In this document: positions 60,151 through 64,000 of the stretch, piece by piece
How positions within the stretch are numbered: position 1 is the first letter of the stretch
Layout: the number at the start of each line of letters is the position of its first letter
Origin: Eledone cirrhosa
Lineage: Eukaryota
Assembly: GCA_964016885.1 (NCBI GenBank)
Contig: CAXHJY010001492.1
Location: forward strand, 62,001 to 126,000
Direction of reading: 5' to 3'
DNA: 64,000 nucleotides
Position numbers and translations under genes: made by a program
Notes under the pieces: model-generated
Seen by the model: the letters and a program-made list of their open reading frames with translations, nothing else
The model's database searches: none
Told to the model about the DNA's origin: nothing

Positions 60151-61825
60151 CAAATATCACAGAGATTCTTTGCTTAAACTTTAATCTATACATATAATAT
60201 ATATACATGTGTGTATTTGATAAGTTGAGGATATTATAATTACATTTTACTGGAATTATAACAATTACCTTATTTAGTAATTTAGTTCTTCTCTAAGTAT
60301 TAATCTAATGCGACTCTAATGTTCTCCTCCCGAGACTGTTCTTTTATTTGTGTGTATTGTATTCTCTGTTGGTCGACTTCATTAATTCTTAAATATTTAT
60401 ATGGTTGTATTTGATCTAATACTTTTGTCTTTTTCTCTATTACTATTATTATTATATAACAACATTAAATATGTATATTAATGTCAGAAGTTTTATCAAA
60501 TAAAGTAAGTATATTAAATTTATGTTCGTATACTTTGGCCATCACTGTCATAAAACAGAATAGTCCAACACGTGTACGTTACATACCTCGTTTCAATTAG
60601 TTAACATCATTATGTAAAACTTTTGTTAACATCATTATGTATAACTTTTGAGTATCAGACAGAATTCCTTGGGAGATTCGTTCCAATTCTCTAAACACCG
60701 ATTTCAAATCCTACTTAGGTCAACGCCGTCTTTCTTCCTTTCTCTCTCTTTCTTTCGCTCACTCTCTCGCTCCCACCCTTTCTGCCCTCTCTCCCTCTCT
60801 CTAAGGAAGAAATAGGCTGTGGTTAGGAATGGGTTCTAACAGGATTAGATGGTGAGAGATCACGTTATTGTCATGATGATGATGTTCCTACGACACCATT
60901 AATATTTGAGGTGGGGAGGGGGCAAGCATGACTGTATAGAGATTAATGTTGAGTTGTAGTATTAAAACAATAGAAAGGGAAAGAAAAAAGAAAAGTAAGA
61001 AGGAATGAACGAAATTTGGGAGTCTGTACGTGGTAGAGCGACCCCGTATTTGACTGGTACTTTGTCTTTCTTTATTTCAAGAGTCGACAGAATAAAGTCG
61101 ACTTGAACGGGTTTATACTAGAAAATAAAGGACTGTAACTTAATAGGGCAAACTATTGTATCCAACACTATCCATCATACAAATCTACTATTGTTTATAC
61201 AAAACCTAATGTTTATATCTCCATATACGTTTATTACATATATATGTGTGTGTTTATATGTATCTGTGTTTGGCCATAACCCTGTCAGTACTTCTTTGTG
61301 TGTATATACGAAAGTTTATGTGTATTTGTTTGTTTTCCCATGTGTGTGTGTATATATATATCTGTATTTACGGAAATGTTTATTTTGGCACGTCTCTAGA
61401 ATATTATTCATTCGGTTGAGTTTAACTGATCTTTTTTACTTTCTAATATTTCTGTCTAACTTCCCTTTCATCTCTTTCTCTCGCTATCAGTCTTTCCATT
61501 TATTATTTTGTTTCAGATCTCCTCATTCTCCTAGTATATTTCTCCTGCCACAGAACTTCCCAATATCTACCCGGGGTATACAAAACTATGTGCCAACAAG
61601 TGAAACACTACATTGCCAGCCCAATCAGTTAAAATCTTCGGTCAACATCCTCTCAAATCATATCCTAACGCCCTAAAAAGGCAAGGACATATATATAATA
61701 GTGTAATTTAGCCCTTGTGTCTATCTGAATGTTGATATAGCTTTTGAACATGCCTAGATGTACTCTTAATTAATCGAAGTTCTTTTCGTATGTGAGACGC
61801 TACTGTATCTGTATTTAATAAAAGT

Positions 61826-61965
61826 CTAAAGTCTATCTCGACTCCGGAGACTCATCAGACCAGTGCTTATTCTGGTGTCCGTGGCGTAAAGTGGCCGTGT
61901 GTATAGGACACCTCTCTGAACAGGGTTAAACCTCCAGGTATTGCTGGTACTCATTTTCAGCTGAG
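61826..61965 (-). mobile_element. SINE family 2-related 3' part
   Basis: Minus strand 'tcagctgaaaatgagtaccagc...ctttacgccacggacacc...ggtctgatgagtc'; similar to 28225-28350. Confidence 0.6.
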
Positions 61966-62051
61966 TATATATAAATATATAAAAGGTAAACAAAAATAAC
62001 AACACAATCGATACAGTATATGGAAGGGATAAGCTGATATAGCAGGAAGGG

Positions 62052-62092
62052 TGTCTTAAAGTTTCGGACGCTAGTCCTTCATCAGAAAAAAG
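62052..62092 (-). ncRNA. Minimal hammerhead core, family C
   Basis: Minus strand CTGATGA-A-GGAC-tagc-GTCC-GAAAC-TT-TA. Perfect boxes and a 4-bp GC-rich stem II; stems I and III are weak. Confidence 0.6.
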
Positions 62093-62189
62093 AATGAGAA
62101 ATAAGATAGATTGAGGGGACGGGCGGGAAGGAATTGGAAAAAACGTCTTTAGATAAAAATAACAGGTCCATTCATGTTGACATCTCTTG

Positions 62190-62242
<53 letters not shown>

Positions 62243-62359
62243 TACTGGTGGTGTAGTAGGGTGCTGTTGTCTTTGGTATTTGAAATCTGGCGGAATACAT
62301 CCAGAGAAGGTGAAAGGGAGGGGAAGTGAGTAAAAGGCATAAACTATAAGTATTGAACC

Positions 62360-62490
62360 ACAGTACTAGACTGACCCTTTTTTTTATCAACTTCGAAAGG
62401 ATGAAAGACGAAGTTAAATTCGGCGGGATTTGAACTCAGAACAGAGAGAAGCGGAAATAATACGGCAAAACATTCAATACGAGGTTCTCA
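62360..62490 (-). mobile_element. SINE family 1 copy
   Basis: 'aggatgaaagacgaagttaaattcggcgggatttgaactcagaac'. Confidence 0.7.
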
Positions 62491-62924
62491 CGACACTGCC
62501 TCATACATACACACAAACAAGCACACACACACACGTGTGTGTGTGTGTATCCTTCTCAACCTCTCGGTATCTATTTCCTTCCAATTTTCACCTTATCCTC
62601 CTTCTCGTTGTCTTCTCTCATCCATCATCTCAGCATCCTATCTCTGGCCTTGCCATCACATAACTTGGCTTTCACTCAGAGAAACTCTTTCTCTTCGTAT
62701 TGCACAAACGGTGCCGATTCTCCTAATTTCATGCCGCTTCATCGCATATGGCAACTTTGTTTATTACAGATGCTTTGGAGACACAAACATCAAAGATATT
62801 CAACATATTTCGGATGTTTTATATCATCTCCTTTCTTGCTTTTTTTGTTGTTGTTTTTATTGTCTTTGTTTGTATTCTTTTTCTGTTTCTTATTTATACT
62901 CTACAACCTTCTTTTCAAATAATA

Positions 62925-63320
62925 ATAATGGTTTCTAATTTAAGCATGAGGCCAGCAATGTTTGGAGGGAGAGTCAAGCCGATTAAATCGACCCAGTGCA
63001 TTACTGGTACTTTATTTTAACAACAACATATATGATGGTTTCTGATTTGGGCACAAGGCCACAATTTTGGGGGGAAGGTCAAGCCGATTAAATCGACCCA
63101 GTGCATTACTGGTACTTTATTTTAACAACAAATAATTGTTTCTGATTTAGGCACAAAGCCAAGAATTTTGAAGAGAGGAGAAAGACGATTAAATCGACCC
63201 AGGTGTATTACTGGTACTTTATCGGTAAGGATGAAAGACATAGCTAATCTCGCCGAGATTTGTACTTGGAATGTAAAGTGCCGGAACAAATACTGCTAAG
63301 CTTTTGTCCGACTCTCTCAT
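62925..63320 (-). mobile_element. SINE family 1 copy with its 3' ~100 bp present three times in tandem
   Basis: Three successive 'tttct(a/g)attt...gcc..caatttt...gattaaatcgaccca..ttactggtacttta' blocks starting near 62927, 63037 and 63133. Confidence 0.8.
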
Positions 63321-64000
63321 TATAGTAAATATAGTTCTCTTTTTACTTTTACGTTGAATCTAAAAGCTGAATAAATATTGTTTAAAGAATGATCGCTGAT
63401 TTAAACATTTAGCCAATTCACTCACTCTGCTGATATAAAAGCTTTTATCTTTTCTATTGTATTATGTTTTGTTTTAGTTTTTGTTTCCTTTTGATCATCT
63501 CTATGCCAATCTTCTTCACTGTTTGTTGTGTATTTCGAAATTTAATCCAAAAAAATTAATGTTTCTCGCTTTAAATATTTGCTTGTATATTGGCACAAGA
63601 ACACACAGTAGATTTGGCTGGGTGTTGTCATAAATCGATTCCCCGTCTTTATAATTGATTAACTGCCCCCACCATCTCAAACATGATTCAATCACCGTAT
63701 GATCAAATCCGTACAAGCCATAACCACACTATCTCTGTGTAAGTTATTTGCTTCCAGGCCTTCCATATTTTAAAGGGTATAGAACATGGCGTCCGACCCT
63801 CTACCGATATTGCCAATCCACCGCCCTTATATATATATAACGAAGAAAGGAACGGTTGAACAGCGAGTGAGTTTAAAACAATATAATCAATTTATCAACC
63901 AAGTTCTTCTAACTGGTACAGACAGTTGGGATGCCACTCTAGTCATTTCACTGGGCTTTAGAAATGTTTGGCTGTGTCCATATCCTTTGCAAACATATAG

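Noticed and set aside
61836-61860. CTGATGAG motif on the minus strand suggesting a hammerhead
   Set aside because: It is followed by GAGA rather than GAAA and is part of a SINE tail also seen at ~28320.

Overview
This is eukaryotic, very AT-rich, repeat-dense non-coding DNA. The SINE families and microsatellite style point to a cephalopod, probably Octopus (inference). No intact protein-coding gene is supported, and almost every ORF in the track is a translation of (TA)n, (CA)n or (CATA)n microsatellites. The window holds: (1) large TA-based microsatellite blocks; (2) many copies of at least two tRNA-derived SINE families; (3) decayed coding remnants of RTE-clade and CR1/L2-type LINEs, a mariner transposase and probably a Penelope GIY-YIG endonuclease; (4) several MITEs and minisatellites. 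The most notable signal is a dense population of short elements in or beside (TA)n tracts. They often form tail-to-tail hairpins and carry hammerhead-ribozyme cores (CTGAnGA...GAAA). One complete, well-paired type I hammerhead lies on the minus strand at 7737-7802, and roughly ten degenerate cores from several families are scattered through the window. This fits Penelope-like pseudo-LTR remnants or non-autonomous ribozyme retroelements targeting TA repeats. Three tandem arrays arose inside transposon coding remnants. All family assignments are by eye and need RepeatMasker, HMMER or Infernal confirmation. Repeat boundaries are approximate.
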